Virus record (IMG/VR): IMGVR_UViG_3300009788_000091
Coordinates: 1-64,000 of that record
Direction: 5' to 3' (one strand)
DNA length: 64,000 nucleotides
Source: a virus
Lineage: Duplodnaviria; Caudoviricetes
Shown: positions 62,972-64,000 of the stretch, one piece after another
Numbering within the stretch: position 1 is the first letter of the stretch
Layout: each line of letters begins with the position of its first letter
Notes under the pieces: model-generated
The model's database searches: none
What the model was told of the DNA's origin: nothing
The model's input: the letters and a program-made list of their open reading frames with translations, nothing else
Position numbers and translations under genes: made by a program

Positions 62972-62990
62972 TGTTATACAGTGTTATACA
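62972..62990. promoter_or_regulatory. Tandem box TGTTATACA-G-TGTTATACA
   Basis: Perfect copy 3 nt upstream of the putative TerS start codon. Confidence 0.8.
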
Positions 62991-63010
62991 AAATGGATAA
63001 AAAGAAAAAA

Positions 63011-63352
63011 CTAAGATTTTATTTTAAGAAATCTCATACCTTTACATTTTGTACAAACTTTTCTTCCCTCTAATTCAAACGATAAAGCTTCTTTGATCAC
63101 ATCTGACATAAGAACTACTTTTTGATCTTTCAAAGTTTCTAATGGATCAATACCCCCAAATCTAATCATAGCAGTTTTTCTAGTTTTTCGATTTTTTTCA
63201 ATTATAAACCCTTTACCCTTACAACCTGTACATATTTTTTTACCTGAAAAAAATCGAACTAATGTTTTATAATAAAATTCACTAGCATTTAAATTCTTCT
63301 TTGGTTTAACTTTTGGAATATTCCGCATTGAAATCCAACCATATTGTCCCAT
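63011..63352 (-). CDS. Protein with DnaJ-type CxxCxG Zn-binding repeats
   Basis: CTGCKGKG and CTKCKGMR; probable start MGQYGW after AAGGAG. Confidence 0.6.
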   Translation of the reverse strand: MGQYGWISMRNIPKVKPKKNLNASEFYYKTLVRFFSGKKICTGCKGKGFIIEKNRKTRKTAMIRFGGIDPLETLKDQKVVLMSDVIKEALSFELEGRKVCTKCKGMRFLKIKS

Positions 63353-63365
63353 TTTTTTCTCCTTA

Positions 63366-63560
63366 TTAAACTCTTTTTTTACTTGGTGGTAATGGCGTAT
63401 ATCTTTTTCGAAATTTTGCCATATCTGTTTTCTCATAAGATCCAATTGCTTTTCCATTCATTGAATAAACAACAAAAAGTATGTTTGGTGGATCTCCAAC
63501 CCGTTCCACTCTCACCTTGTTACCCGTTTTATTTCTAGTATGCGATGGTCTACTATTCAT
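63366..63560 (-). CDS. Hypothetical protein
   Basis: ATGA overlap with the dUTPase stop; no motif. Confidence 0.35.
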   Translation of the reverse strand: MNSRPSHTRNKTGNKVRVERVGDPPNILFVVYSMNGKAIGSYEKTDMAKFRKRYTPLPPSKKRV

Positions 63561-63994
63561 AATCCGGTACTTCCAAATCCATCAACACCTCGTTCAGTTT
63601 GTGTGAGATGTTCAATAGCTACCCAATGTTGTTTTATATAATCGGCTAAAACAGCTTGGCAAATTTTCATTCCTATTTCGATTTGAAAACCTTGATAACC
63701 TAAATTAATAATAGGAACTTTTATTTCTCCACGATAATTTGAATCAATAGTACCTGGTGCATTTAAAACTGTAATTCCATGTTCAATTGCTAAACCAGAA
63801 CGCGGTCGAATTTGTAATTCTGTGCCTTTAGGTAATTCAACATACAATCCTGTTTTAATTAAAGTCCTCCTATGGGGTTCTAAATAAACTGATTCGGTTG
63901 AACATAAATCAACCCCTGCATCACCTTCATGAGCATGAAAAGGCGCTGAACCTTTAATTTTAGATACAAAATGAATATGTGTCCCTTTTGACAT
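63557..63994 (-). CDS. dut: Trimeric dUTPase
   Basis: AGVDL, RPRSGLA, GTIDSNYRGEI, ICQ, RGVDGFGSTG (motifs I-V). Confidence 0.97.
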   Translation of the reverse strand: MSKGTHIHFVSKIKGSAPFHAHEGDAGVDLCSTESVYLEPHRRTLIKTGLYVELPKGTELQIRPRSGLAIEHGITVLNAPGTIDSNYRGEIKVPIINLGYQGFQIEIGMKICQAVLADYIKQHWVAIEHLTQTERGVDGFGSTGL

Positions 63995-64000
63995 AGTGTA

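Overview
A 64-kb, AT-rich segment of a tailed dsDNA bacteriophage (Caudoviricetes, contractile-tail/myovirus type). No integrase or host genes are visible, and the exported, lipoprotein and disulfide-type gene products suggest a diderm host. Almost all genes are on the minus strand. From right to left: dUTPase; terminase small and large subunits; PBSX-type portal; MuF-like protein; XkdF-type prohead protease and scaffold; major capsid protein; head accessory genes; neck; sheath; tube; -1 frameshifted tail chaperones; tape measure; baseplate; fibres; holin and membrane cluster; putative decoration paralogs; endolysin. A plus-strand accessory island (about 11.3-17.2 kb) encodes a HAD phosphatase, a small DNA-binding protein, an RNA ligase, tRNA-Gln(UUG), a metallophosphoesterase and exported proteins. 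The replication module at the left end has an intein-containing SF2 helicase, a primase-helicase, a UDG-domain/family A DNA polymerase, a UvsY-like protein and a gp32-like SSB. The most notable unannotated signal is a 19-bp tandem box (TGTnnnACA-N-TGTnnnACA) that recurs upstream of many morphogenesis genes, three times around one sigma70-type promoter, and as 10-bp-phased arrays in the 10.6-10.96 kb control region. Other highlights are a split prohead protease, a degenerate UDG domain on the polymerase, a signal-peptide-bearing Cys-paired fibre, a candidate structured RNA/DNA element and unannotated Zn-finger mini-ORFs. All calls come from motif recognition by eye; no database searches were run.
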